Shown: positions 33,593 through 42,072 of the stretch, piece after piece
How positions within the stretch are numbered: position 1 is the stretch's first letter
Layout of the letters: each line of letters starts with the position of its first letter
Assembly (NCBI GenBank): GCA_030612885.1
Contig: JAUWMZ010000003.1
Location: 5,578-69,577 of the forward strand
Direction of reading: 5' to 3'
DNA: 64,000 bases
From: Candidatus Nealsonbacteria bacterium
GTDB taxonomy: Bacteria; Patescibacteriota; Minisyncoccia; Minisyncoccales; JAGMDC01
Notes under the pieces: generated by a model
Seen by the model: the letters and a program-made list of their open reading frames with translations, nothing else
The model's database searches: none
Told to the model about the DNA's origin: nothing
Position numbers and translations under genes: made by a program

Positions 33593-34111
33593 ATGTCAAT
33601 TTTTAATAAAAACAAATTTCTAACAGGTTTTACCCTTATTGAATTATTGGTTGTGATTTCTGTTATTGGAGTTTTATCCAGTATTGTTTTGGTCAGTTTA
33701 AGCGGAGCAAGAGAGAGCGCGCGTATCGCCGAAGCTGAAAGCATGATTGAGCAGTTGCATAAAATTATTTTAATAAATCATTTAAACTCAGGCGGTACTT
33801 CTCCTTCACCCAGTAATACAGGCATAGGCACAGGATGTACATATTGGGGACCTGGAACTATTGTTGGGTTTGTTAATAATACTGGTAATTATTATGCTGA
33901 TTGGATGGGTCCATATCTTTCGGAAGTCCCTAAGGATCCATGGGGTAATTGTTATGTTATGGATGGTCCAGTTGGAGAGGGTTGTCCTGCAAGTTATGGT
34001 TCAATGATATGCTCTTCAGGGCCAAACGGAAGTTTTGCTGGGGCTGACTATCCCTGGAATCTTCCACCAGGACAGGGGGACAATATATGTAAAGAATTTT
34101 TATGCCCTTAA
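33593..34111 (+). CDS. type IV pilin / GspG-like pseudopilin, variant 4
   Basis: [38 protein letters not shown], and C-terminal [13 protein letters not shown]...SSGPNG resembling the GspG/pilin DPWG...GPDG motif. An extended -10 element TGGTATAAT lies at 33578-86. Confidence 0.85.
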   Translation: MSIFNKNKFLTGFTLIELLVVISVIGVLSSIVLVSLSGARESARIAEAESMIEQLHKIILINHLNSGGTSPSPSNTGIGTGCTYWGPGTIVGFVNNTGNYYADWMGPYLSEVPKDPWGNCYVMDGPVGEGCPASYGSMICSSGPNGSFAGADYPWNLPPGQGDNICKEFLCP

Positions 34112-34140
34112 AAAAGAATCAAGTTTATTTATAAGAACTT

Positions 34141-34416
34141 ATGGATAACCAAAAAGATGAAAATGAAAAAATTGATTTAAGTGAGTTTCCTCTTGAAAGA
34201 AAAGAGCCGGTTTCTGGTTCAAAAAAATCTTTTAATATAAAATATATTAGGAGTTCTTTTGCTAAGATGGATAAGAAAAATCAAATATATATAGCAATTA
34301 TTATAATTTCTTTCATTTTAATGGTTATTTTCTTAGGTTTATTCTTGTCTAAAAAGAGTAGTAGTGAAGGAAATATTGCTCCTGAATATGCTCCTCCGGC
34401 TGAAGAGAACATATAA
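34141..34416 (+). CDS. 91-aa single-pass membrane protein (pilin-cassette companion), copy 3
   Basis: Same N- and C-terminal sequence as 32743-33009. Confidence 0.65.
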   Translation: MDNQKDENEKIDLSEFPLERKEPVSGSKKSFNIKYIRSSFAKMDKKNQIYIAIIIISFILMVIFLGLFLSKKSSSEGNIAPEYAPPAEENI

Positions 34417-34436
34417 TCATCAATCATCAATTTTAT

Positions 34437-34817
34437 ATGTCCAGTATCTTATTTCAATATCTACAATGGCATTTTATTGGCCAGGTAAGAGCTATTTTAA
34501 GGGCTTGGAAAAATTTTTTGAGCTTTGGTTTGAATTATTTTTCTATTTCATTGCTTTTAAGAACTTTTTGTTCTCCTTGGCGAAGATACAAGTATTTTTA
34601 TCCAAAAAGTTTTGATTTTAAGCAATACATTGATGCTTTTACTTTCAATGCCATTTCCAGAGGAATGGGAATGCTCATGAGAATTATCTTAATAATAATC
34701 GGAATTATAGCCGAGTTTTTTATTTTTTTTGCCGGCTTATTATTTGTTTTGATTTGGCTGTTTTTGCCGGTTATTTTAATTATTTTATTTTTTTATGGCA
34801 TCAAACTTTTATTTTGA
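34437..34817 (+). CDS. 126-aa polytopic membrane protein
   Basis: MSSILFQYLQWHFIGQVRAILRAWKNFLSFGLNYFS..., with C-terminal TM helices. Its 5' end is duplicated at 31891 and 33030. Confidence 0.6.
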   Translation: MSSILFQYLQWHFIGQVRAILRAWKNFLSFGLNYFSISLLLRTFCSPWRRYKYFYPKSFDFKQYIDAFTFNAISRGMGMLMRIILIIIGIIAEFFIFFAGLLFVLIWLFLPVILIILFFYGIKLLF

Positions 34818-34834
34818 TTTAAATATTCTCCGGG

Positions 34835-37420
34835 ATGGCTTCCCGGAGACACGGAAATTCCATGTTTTATTTTAATTTAAAACAAGCAAAGGTTTTTCAA
34901 GCAGTAAAATGGGAAAAACATCTGATTTTTAGATGGGCTGGATTTTTAAAGAAACTGTTTTTATTTTTCTTTATTCTATGTTATTTTCTTTTTTTATTAA
35001 CCTTTTTTAATAGTTTTTTTCTTGGCCTTTCTTTTATCTTTTTATCTTTGTGTTTATGGTTTTTAATAATTGAGGCATTTTTCCAATTAAGATTAAGCCA
35101 GCCAGAACTTAAAACAAAGTTAAAAAAGGCTGCCTTGAGACCCGGCAAAAATAATTTAGCTGAATTTTTAGATCTTCATTCAGCTAAAGCTGTTTGGAAG
35201 TCCATAAAATGGGCCAGAAGAAAAAAATTATCAGAGATTAATTCAACATCTCTTTTTTATGAGCTTCTTTTAGACAATAAAAAATTGAATTTTATTTTTT
35301 CACGGGCAATCATAGATATTAAAGAAGTCAAAAAGGCATTGAAGGAATATTTAAAAAAAGGTTTTACTAAAGCCTCTCTCATAGAAAAATTTAAACCAAG
35401 AGAACTGCTTTATTCAGATAATTTTCAAGAGACTATACTTGAATCCCTGAAAATAGCCCAAAAAAGAGAACACCAAAGAATAGAAACAGGGGATTTAATA
35501 ACCGCTTTAAGTAAAACCGATCCTATTTTTAGAGAGATTTTAGTCAAATCAGAGATCAAATCAGAAGATATTGAGAACTTGAGTTATTGGCTGGAAAGGA
35601 TAGAAAAAAGGCTCGCTTCTAAAAAAAGATTTTGGGATTTGGAAAACTTAAACAAGAAAGGGTCTTTTGCCAAGAACTGGTCTGCCGGCTTTACTATTAC
35701 TTTGGATAAGTATTCTTTTGATTGGAGCAGGACAGCGGGATTAGAGGGCTTCGGAGTAATGGTCGGGCATAAAAAAGAAATTTCTGAGATGGAAAGAATT
35801 CTTTCCCGTTTGGAGATTAATAATGCTTTATTGGTTGGCAAACCAGGCAGCGGCAGAAAAAATATTGTTCAGGCATTAGCCAGAAGAAGTTTTTTAGGCC
35901 AGAGTTTGACTAAGCTAAATTATAAGCGAATAGTTGAATTAGACCTTCCTTCCTTACTAAGCCGGATTGAAAATTTTGAAGAAGTGGAGTTTACTTTAAA
36001 CAAGATTTTTGAAGAAGTAATTTCAGCCGGCAATATTATTTTAATTATTGATGAATTCCATAGTTTTGTCGGAGGAGAGACAAGGCTCGGAGTAATAGAC
36101 ATTTCTGGTATTTTAACTCCTTTTTTGCGCTTGTCTCAATTACAAATTATAGCCATAACTACTTTTGCCGGTTTGCATAAAAATATCGAAAAAAATTCTT
36201 CCCTCATCGGCCTTTTTGAAAAAATTGAGGTTACAGAAATTTCTGAAGAAGAAACGGTTACCGTCTTAGAGAATTTAGTTCCTCTTTTAGAAAAAAGATA
36301 CAAGATGTTTATTACTTATCCGGCTCTGAAAAATATAGTTTCTTATTCCGGGCGTTATCTTCCAGCTGCTCCTTTTCCCAAAAAGGCGATTGATTTATTA
36401 GATGAAGTTATGGTCTATGTTCACAGTCAGCCCAAAAAGTATCTGGTTTTACAGGAAGATGTGGCTAAGATTGTTTCTGACAAAACGGAAATTCCAGTAG
36501 GCGAGATTGAAGCAAAAGAGAGAAATATTTTACTGAATTTGGAAAACTTGCTCCATCAACGGATTATTAATCAAGAAACAGCGGTGGAAGAGGTTTCTTC
36601 AGCTTTGCGCCGCGCCAGAGTGGAAATCAGCCAAAGAAAAAAGCCAATGGGCACATTTTTGTTTTTAGGGCCCACAGGGGTGGGCAAAACAGAAACCTCA
36701 AAGGCATTAGCAGAAACCTACTTTGGTTCTGAAAAGCGAATGATTCGCTTAGATATGTCTGAATTTCAGGATATTAAAGATATTCCCCGTTTAATCGGCT
36801 CAATGGAACAGGAAGGACTTTTAACCACCAAAGTGAGAGAAGACCCTTTTTCTTTAATCCTTTTAGATGAAATAGAGAAAGCCCATCCTAATATCTTGAA
36901 TTTGTTTTTACAGGTTTTAGACGAAGGCCATATCACTGACGGCTTAGGGAGAAAAGTTATCTTTTCTAATTCTATAATTATCGCTACCAGCAATGCTGGA
37001 GCAGAAGTTATTTGGAAAGACATTAAGAAAGATAAACGGTTAGACATTATTAAAGAGGATTTATTGGCTCTTTTATTTGAAAGGAAGAAATTCAGACCAG
37101 AGTTTATAAACAGATTTGATGCTGTTGTTATTTTCAAGCCATTGACCAAAGAAAATCTTTTAGATATTGCTGAATTGATGCTTGACAAAATAAAGAAGAA
37201 TTTAAAAAAACAAAGAGAGGTTAATTTTGTCATTACAGAGAAATTGAAAGAGAAAATTGTTGATTTAGGTTACAGCCCGACTTTTGGCGCCCGGGAGATG
37301 CGCCGGGTTATTGCTGACAGAGTAGAAAATCTTTTAGCCATTTCTTTTTTAAAGAAGGAAATTAAGAGGGGAGATAAAATAGCGATTGATTCAGAGAAAT
37401 TTGAAATAATACATGAATAA
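34835..37420 (+). CDS. membrane-anchored Clp/Hsp100-family double AAA+ ATPase
   Basis: N-terminal TM helices, Clp_N-like repeats, D1 (LLVGKPGSGRKNIV...IILIIDEFHSF), and D2 (FLFLGPTGVGKTE...LILLDEIEKAHPNILNLFLQVLDEGHITD...IIIATSNAG). The start may be ATG 34862. Confidence 0.85.
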   Translation: MASRRHGNSMFYFNLKQAKVFQAVKWEKHLIFRWAGFLKKLFLFFFILCYFLFLLTFFNSFFLGLSFIFLSLCLWFLIIEAFFQLRLSQPELKTKLKKAALRPGKNNLAEFLDLHSAKAVWKSIKWARRKKLSEINSTSLFYELLLDNKKLNFIFSRAIIDIKEVKKALKEYLKKGFTKASLIEKFKPRELLYSDNFQETILESLKIAQKREHQRIETGDLITALSKTDPIFREILVKSEIKSEDIENLSYWLERIEKRLASKKRFWDLENLNKKGSFAKNWSAGFTITLDKYSFDWSRTAGLEGFGVMVGHKKEISEMERILSRLEINNALLVGKPGSGRKNIVQALARRSFLGQSLTKLNYKRIVELDLPSLLSRIENFEEVEFTLNKIFEEVISAGNIILIIDEFHSFVGGETRLGVIDISGILTPFLRLSQLQIIAITTFAGLHKNIEKNSSLIGLFEKIEVTEISEEETVTVLENLVPLLEKRYKMFITYPALKNIVSYSGRYLPAAPFPKKAIDLLDEVMVYVHSQPKKYLVLQEDVAKIVSDKTEIPVGEIEAKERNILLNLENLLHQRIINQETAVEEVSSALRRARVEISQRKKPMGTFLFLGPTGVGKTETSKALAETYFGSEKRMIRLDMSEFQDIKDIPRLIGSMEQEGLLTTKVREDPFSLILLDEIEKAHPNILNLFLQVLDEGHITDGLGRKVIFSNSIIIATSNAGAEVIWKDIKKDKRLDIIKEDLLALLFERKKFRPEFINRFDAVVIFKPLTKENLLDIAELMLDKIKKNLKKQREVNFVITEKLKEKIVDLGYSPTFGAREMRRVIADRVENLLAISFLKKEIKRGDKIAIDSEKFEIIHE

Positions 37421-38711
37421 AAAGGATTTTGTAAAAAACTTTTTAGCCCCTTTATTGATTTTATTAATTTTTCTTTTTCCCCAAGAAGCATTTGCTAAAA
37501 ATTTTTGGGATGAAACCAAAGATTTTTTTAATTTAATCAATGAAATTAATAATAAGGATTTCCAAAAAAGGCAGAAGGCATTAGAAAAATCAAGCGATAT
37601 TAAGGGAATTTATTTGACCCAATATACAGGCGGCTCAAGTTCTTCCTGGGCTAAAAATAAAAGAAAAGAAATAAAAGAACTTTTAAGAGAAACAGAACTT
37701 AATGGAGTAGTTATTGATGTTAAAGAAGTAAGAGGTCAGACCTTTACTGATTCACTTAAGGAATTTATTGATGAGCTTCATAAAGATGGCTTTTGGGTTA
37801 TTGCTCGGATTGTTGTTTGCCGGGATTCTTCAATGATTAATATTAGACCAGAGTGGTATCTTAAAAATTATTCTGGTTCTCTTTGGCAGGATAAAGCTGG
37901 TTATTTTTGGTTGGATCCGGCTTGCCCCGAGGTCCAAAACTATATTTTAGAAGTTTCTCAAAAAGCCATTGATTTTGGCTTTGATGAGATTCAATTTGAT
38001 TATCTCCGTTTTCCAGATAGGGGAGAACTCAAAGATATTATTTTTCCCTGTTATAACAGGGAAAGAGAAAAAAGAGAGGCAATTAATAATTTTTATTTGG
38101 TGCTTTCCAATAATTTGAGAGATTATAAAAAAGACATTATTCTTTCAATTGACCTTTTTGGTTTAGTGGCTCAATACCTGAATATTTCTGGAACTGGTCA
38201 GAATTTATCAGATACATTAGGCAAGTTTGATTATATTTCTTTTATGCTTTATCCCAGTCATTTCTTTGATGGTTTCGCTGTTCAGAAAGATTTAAAACGA
38301 AGTTTACCAGCTCTTTATTTTCCCTATAAAGATGAAAACATAAAACGAGTTGTCTCTGAGCATCCCTACGAAGTTGTTTCAAGAACACTTTTTAATGTTT
38401 CAGATTACATTTCTTCTCAGAATGCCGAAGAAAAAGATTTTAAATATTCAGAAGGTTTTCCTCTTTTTTCTCTGTTAAATCATTTTTTTTCACAGTATAA
38501 TTTTTTTCTTGAAGATTTGAATAAAATTAAAACTAAAATTCGGCCCTGGCTGCAGGATTTTGATTTAAAGGTGGATAGCAAGCGAGGAATATATTATGAT
38601 GCTAAAAAAGTTCGAGATCAAATTAAAGCTGCTGAAGATACCAATAGTTCAGGTTGGCTATTATGGAATCCTTGGAATGTTTATACCGAAGAAGCATTAA
38701 AACCAGATTAA
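37413..38711 (+). CDS. putative glycoside hydrolase (DUF4015/GHL-type TIM barrel), secreted
   Basis: Signal peptide, then KGIYLT...LNGVVIDVKE...FWLDPACPEVQNYILEVSQKAIDFGFDEIQFDYLRFP. Confidence 0.65.
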   Translation: MNKKDFVKNFLAPLLILLIFLFPQEAFAKNFWDETKDFFNLINEINNKDFQKRQKALEKSSDIKGIYLTQYTGGSSSSWAKNKRKEIKELLRETELNGVVIDVKEVRGQTFTDSLKEFIDELHKDGFWVIARIVVCRDSSMINIRPEWYLKNYSGSLWQDKAGYFWLDPACPEVQNYILEVSQKAIDFGFDEIQFDYLRFPDRGELKDIIFPCYNREREKREAINNFYLVLSNNLRDYKKDIILSIDLFGLVAQYLNISGTGQNLSDTLGKFDYISFMLYPSHFFDGFAVQKDLKRSLPALYFPYKDENIKRVVSEHPYEVVSRTLFNVSDYISSQNAEEKDFKYSEGFPLFSLLNHFFSQYNFFLEDLNKIKTKIRPWLQDFDLKVDSKRGIYYDAKKVRDQIKAAEDTNSSGWLLWNPWNVYTEEALKPD

Positions 38712-38718
38712 TTAATTT

Positions 38719-39798
38719 ATGTCCAAAAAAATTATTATTATTTATTTTTCAGTTATTGTATTATTGTCTTTATTGTTTTCTATCCTTTATACTCAAATCT
38801 GGGATCCAATGTGGAATCCTTTTAGGTCAAAACCAAGCGCAGTTATGGCTGAGATGGGAGTTGAAATAGCGCAAGTAAAAACTGTTCACAGTGTTCTTGA
38901 TTTTGAAATTGGAATAACCAATAAAGAAGAATTTAATATTAGAGGAAACATTGTCGGAGATGGAGATAATAATGAGCCGGAAAATCCAAAATACAGCACT
39001 GATTTTGATTTATCTTTTGCTGCTGAAGGAATAGAATTTTCATTGGCTGGCCAAAGCAAGAACATAGGAAAAACAGGTTACTTCAAACTAACCACTATTC
39101 CAGCCCTTCCTTTTTTAGAACCAATGTTTATAATGCTTGGTATTGATTTAAGCCAGTTCAAGGAGCAATGGATAAAAGTTGATGAAGAATCTTTTAAAGA
39201 AATAATTGGCGAGGAGCATGAATCCATAGAAAAACAGAAACAGAAAGAGATGACAAAGGAATTAATAGATTTATTAAAAGGAAAGACCTTTTTCAAAGTA
39301 GAGGAGGAATTTCCAGATGAAGAAATTAATGGAAAAATGTTTTATCATTATCTGATATCCTTAGATAAAGAGACAATTAAGAAAATAATGCCGGAAATGT
39401 TTGAATTAATTCTAAAATATACTCCTGAAAAAGATGAGACAGAGATTTCTGAAGAAATGACGCAAGAATTTTTAGGAGAGTTTTCTAAAGGAATTGACGA
39501 GTTTATTGAAAAAAGTGGAGAATTCATTGCTGAAATTTGGATTAATAAAAAAGATAAATTGCCTTACAAAATAAAGTTTGAGAAAGAAATAGACCCCGTT
39601 AGAGATTATAAAAGCAGAGATGAAGCACAGAGAAAACAAATCTCTAACGGGGTAGATATCAGTAAGTTTGACGAAACCCAAGATGGATTAATAGATATTA
39701 AATTAAATATAGAAATGTCTGATTTTGACCAGCCAGTGAATATTGAAGCACCACAGCATTTTAAGACCATAGATGAACTATTGACAAATTATCAGTAG
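38719..39798 (+). CDS. membrane-anchored extracytoplasmic protein, unknown function
   Basis: 359-aa ORF with an N-terminal TM helix and an acidic, Lys-rich body. Confidence 0.55.
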   Translation: MSKKIIIIYFSVIVLLSLLFSILYTQIWDPMWNPFRSKPSAVMAEMGVEIAQVKTVHSVLDFEIGITNKEEFNIRGNIVGDGDNNEPENPKYSTDFDLSFAAEGIEFSLAGQSKNIGKTGYFKLTTIPALPFLEPMFIMLGIDLSQFKEQWIKVDEESFKEIIGEEHESIEKQKQKEMTKELIDLLKGKTFFKVEEEFPDEEINGKMFYHYLISLDKETIKKIMPEMFELILKYTPEKDETEISEEMTQEFLGEFSKGIDEFIEKSGEFIAEIWINKKDKLPYKIKFEKEIDPVRDYKSRDEAQRKQISNGVDISKFDETQDGLIDIKLNIEMSDFDQPVNIEAPQHFKTIDELLTNYQ

Positions 39799-39816
39799 TA
39801 TGTTATATTACTGGTA

Positions 39817-40164
39817 ATGAAAACAAAGCTTAATATTCATTATTTAAATATAGGAAGACAGATTGACATTATAGAAGAACGGATTCAAGAGGGAATAAAG
39901 AGGTTCCGCGATCTTATCTGGTCTGATTTTGAAGAACATTTCAGTCACGATGAACAAATGAAAATCATTGGTTTTTTTGGTTTAATTACAGCAATAGGGA
40001 TATTCATGTTTTTTATTGCCGCCTTTAAGTTTGCTATTTTGTTTTTTCTCTTGATATTAGTAATTGAATATTTTTTGTATAATAATATTAAGAATTTTAT
40101 AAAAAGAAATAAAAGAATTGAAAAAATAAGAGAGGAAATGCAGGAAATGAGAAACGATTTTTAA
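39817..40164 (+). CDS. small membrane protein, unknown function
   Basis: 115 aa with a central double TM segment (IIGFFGLITAIGIFMFFIAAFKFAILFFLLILVIEYFLY). Confidence 0.5.
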   Translation: MKTKLNIHYLNIGRQIDIIEERIQEGIKRFRDLIWSDFEEHFSHDEQMKIIGFFGLITAIGIFMFFIAAFKFAILFFLLILVIEYFLYNNIKNFIKRNKRIEKIREEMQEMRNDF

Positions 40165-40193
40165 ATAATTCTAAACAAGAAAATATAGTTTGA

Positions 40194-40225
40194 TAAAAAA
40201 ACAGCCAATCTCGGCTGTTTTTTTG
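40194..40225 (+). terminator. intrinsic terminator
   Basis: A-run, ACAGCC-aatctc-GGCTGT, then T7. Confidence 0.8.
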
Positions 40226-40300
40226 TTTCTGTGGATTATCTGTGGAAAAGTTAAGTGTTTTAATAGGGTTTTAAGGGGGATTTAAGATATTTTAAGGTAT

Positions 40301-40329
40301 TTGACATCAAACCTGAAGTGGAGTATAAA
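40301..40329 (+). promoter_or_regulatory. promoter TTGACA-N17-TATAAA of the mraZ (dcw) operon
   Basis: TTGACA at 40301-06 and TATAAA at 40324-29. Confidence 0.6.
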
Positions 40330-40337
40330 GTAAGTGT

Positions 40338-40387
40338 AGTGGATAATTGTGGATAACTATGGGATAACTACCCAAAACTGTGGATAA
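40338..40387 (+). promoter_or_regulatory. array of (T/A)GTGGATAA direct repeats with ~10-bp spacing (MraZ operator candidate; also matches the DnaA-box consensus)
   Basis: aGTGGATAA at 40338, TGTGGATAA at 40348, atGGGATAA at 40359, TGTGGATAA at 40379. Two degenerate copies at 40230 and 40241. The array ends 3 nt before the mraZ ATG. Confidence 0.6.
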
Positions 40388-40389
40388 CT

Positions 40390-40821
40390 ATGTTTATAGG
40401 CGAATACACATATTCAATAGACGAAAAAAAGAGATTAGCTATTCCGACAAAGTTTCGGCAGGTTTTAGACAAAAAAGCAGTTATCACCAGAGGATTGGAT
40501 AACTGTCTTTTTCTTTATCCTTTAAAAGAATGGGAGAAGCTGGCAGAGAAGCTAAGCAAGCTGCCTTTGTCGCAGGCCGATGCCAGGGGATTTGCCCGTT
40601 TAATGCTTATAGGAGCGATGGAAGTCAATTTAGACAATTTAGGAAGAGTTCTTATTCCTGACTATTTAAAAAAATACGCTTCTTTTAAAAAGAAAGTAGT
40701 TATTGCCGGCGTTTATAACAGAATTGAGATTTGGGACGAAAAGAGATGGGAAGAATATAAGACAAAGACAGAAACAGGGATAGGTGATATTGCTGAACGT
40801 TTAGGAGAATTAGGCGTCTAG
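40390..40821 (+). CDS. mraZ: transcriptional regulator MraZ
   Basis: MFIGEYTYSIDEKKRLAIPTKFR...GLDNCLFLYP...DNLGRVLIP contains the two SpoVT/AbrB-like DxxxR repeats. Confidence 0.92.
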   Translation: MFIGEYTYSIDEKKRLAIPTKFRQVLDKKAVITRGLDNCLFLYPLKEWEKLAEKLSKLPLSQADARGFARLMLIGAMEVNLDNLGRVLIPDYLKKYASFKKKVVIAGVYNRIEIWDEKRWEEYKTKTETGIGDIAERLGELGV

Positions 40822-40849
40822 TCGCTTGGAAAGTAATTTTTAAGATTAT

Positions 40850-41716
40850 ATGCACATTCCAGTATTAAAAAAAGAAGTTTTAGAATATTTAGAGCCAAAG
40901 ACAAATGAGAATTTTGTAGATGCAACCCTTGGAAGCGCTGGCCATAGTTTAGCCATTTTGGAAAGGAATAAACCCAATGGAAAAGTATTAGGAATTGAAA
41001 TAGATCCAGAATTGTTTAAAGCAGTTAAGCAGAGAGACAGATTAATCTTAGTCAATGATTCTTATGTAAATTTAAAGAAGATCGTTGAAAAATATAAGTT
41101 TGGGCCTGTCAATGGAATTTTGTTTGACTTGGGCTTTTCTTCCTGGCATATAGAAGAATCAGGGAAAGGATTTTCTTTTCAAAAAGATGAACCGTTGATT
41201 ATGCGTTATGATTCAGGACAAGGATTAACCGCCCAAGAGATTGTAAACAAATGGCCTGAAAAAGAAATTGAGAAAATTTTAAGAGAATATAGTGAAGAAA
41301 AATTTTCAAAGAGAATAGCAAAAGAAATTATAGAAGCAAGAAAGATAAAACCAATTAAAACAACATTTCAATTAATAGAAATAATCAAAAAAGCAGTTCC
41401 TAAAGGCTACGAAAGAGGAAGGATTTCTCCGGCAACAAGAACTTTTCAAGCATTAAGAATTAAAGTTAACGATGAGTTGGAAAATCTTAAAAAAGTTCTT
41501 CCCCAGACATTAAAGGTTTTAGAGCCAAAAGGAAGATTAGTAATAATTTCTTTCCATTCCTTAGAAGACAGGATAGTGAAAAATTTTCTTAGAGAAGAAA
41601 GCAAAAAAGCGCAAATTAAAATTTTAACCAAGAAACCAGTTAGACCAACAGAAGAGGAAATTAAAAACAATCCTCGCTCAAGGTCAGCTCGTTTGCGAGC
41701 AGCAACAAAAACATGA
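40850..41716 (+). CDS. rsmH: 16S rRNA (cytosine1402-N4)-methyltransferase
   Basis: HIPVLKKEVLEYL...FVDATLGSAGHS...LFDLGFSSWHIE...SFHSLEDRIVKNF...NPRSRSARLRA. Confidence 0.93.
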   Translation: MHIPVLKKEVLEYLEPKTNENFVDATLGSAGHSLAILERNKPNGKVLGIEIDPELFKAVKQRDRLILVNDSYVNLKKIVEKYKFGPVNGILFDLGFSSWHIEESGKGFSFQKDEPLIMRYDSGQGLTAQEIVNKWPEKEIEKILREYSEEKFSKRIAKEIIEARKIKPIKTTFQLIEIIKKAVPKGYERGRISPATRTFQALRIKVNDELENLKKVLPQTLKVLEPKGRLVIISFHSLEDRIVKNFLREESKKAQIKILTKKPVRPTEEEIKNNPRSRSARLRAATKT

Positions 41717-42072
41717 CTACTTACGCTTTATCTAATTTGATAATTCATAAAAAGATTCTTTGTTTAAGTTTTCCCAAAATCGGTTTGAGATTGTTTTCAA
41801 GATTGTTTCTGCTTTTTTCTCTTATTTCCATTATTTCTCTGCTGATTTTTACTATCATTCAGGTCAATCAAATAACCCAAGAATCCAATCTTATTTTAAC
41901 CTATCAAAAAAACATTGAAGAACTTTCCCAGAAAAACCAGGACTTAGAGATAAAACTTTTTCAAAGCAACTCATTTGAGAGCATTGAATTATTGGCTAAA
42001 AATTTGAACTACGAAAAAGTAGGAAAGATTCACTATATTAAGATTTTAGAAAGCACAGCTATAGCAAAATGA
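41713..42072 (+). CDS. ftsL: FtsL-like cell division protein (single TM helix + coiled coil)
   Basis: Position between rsmH and ftsI, TM helix LFLLFSLISIISLLIFTII, and coiled coil NIEELSQKNQDLEIKL. Assigned by synteny only. Confidence 0.55.
   Translation: MTTYALSNLIIHKKILCLSFPKIGLRLFSRLFLLFSLISIISLLIFTIIQVNQITQESNLILTYQKNIEELSQKNQDLEIKLFQSNSFESIELLAKNLNYEKVGKIHYIKILESTAIAK

Noticed and set aside
21031-34111. A diversity-generating retroelement acting on the variable surface proteins.
   Set aside because: No reverse transcriptase ORF and no template/variable repeat pair with adenine-specific differences was seen. Pilin divergence looks like cassette duplication and replacement instead.
40230-40389. 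DnaA-box cluster interpreted as the chromosomal origin (oriC).
   Set aside because: All boxes are in the same orientation with ~10-bp phasing, between the mraZ promoter and the start codon. There is no adjacent dnaA or dnaN gene and no obvious AT-rich unwinding element beyond background. An MraZ operator is more parsimonious. It is retained as a finding with both hypotheses stated.
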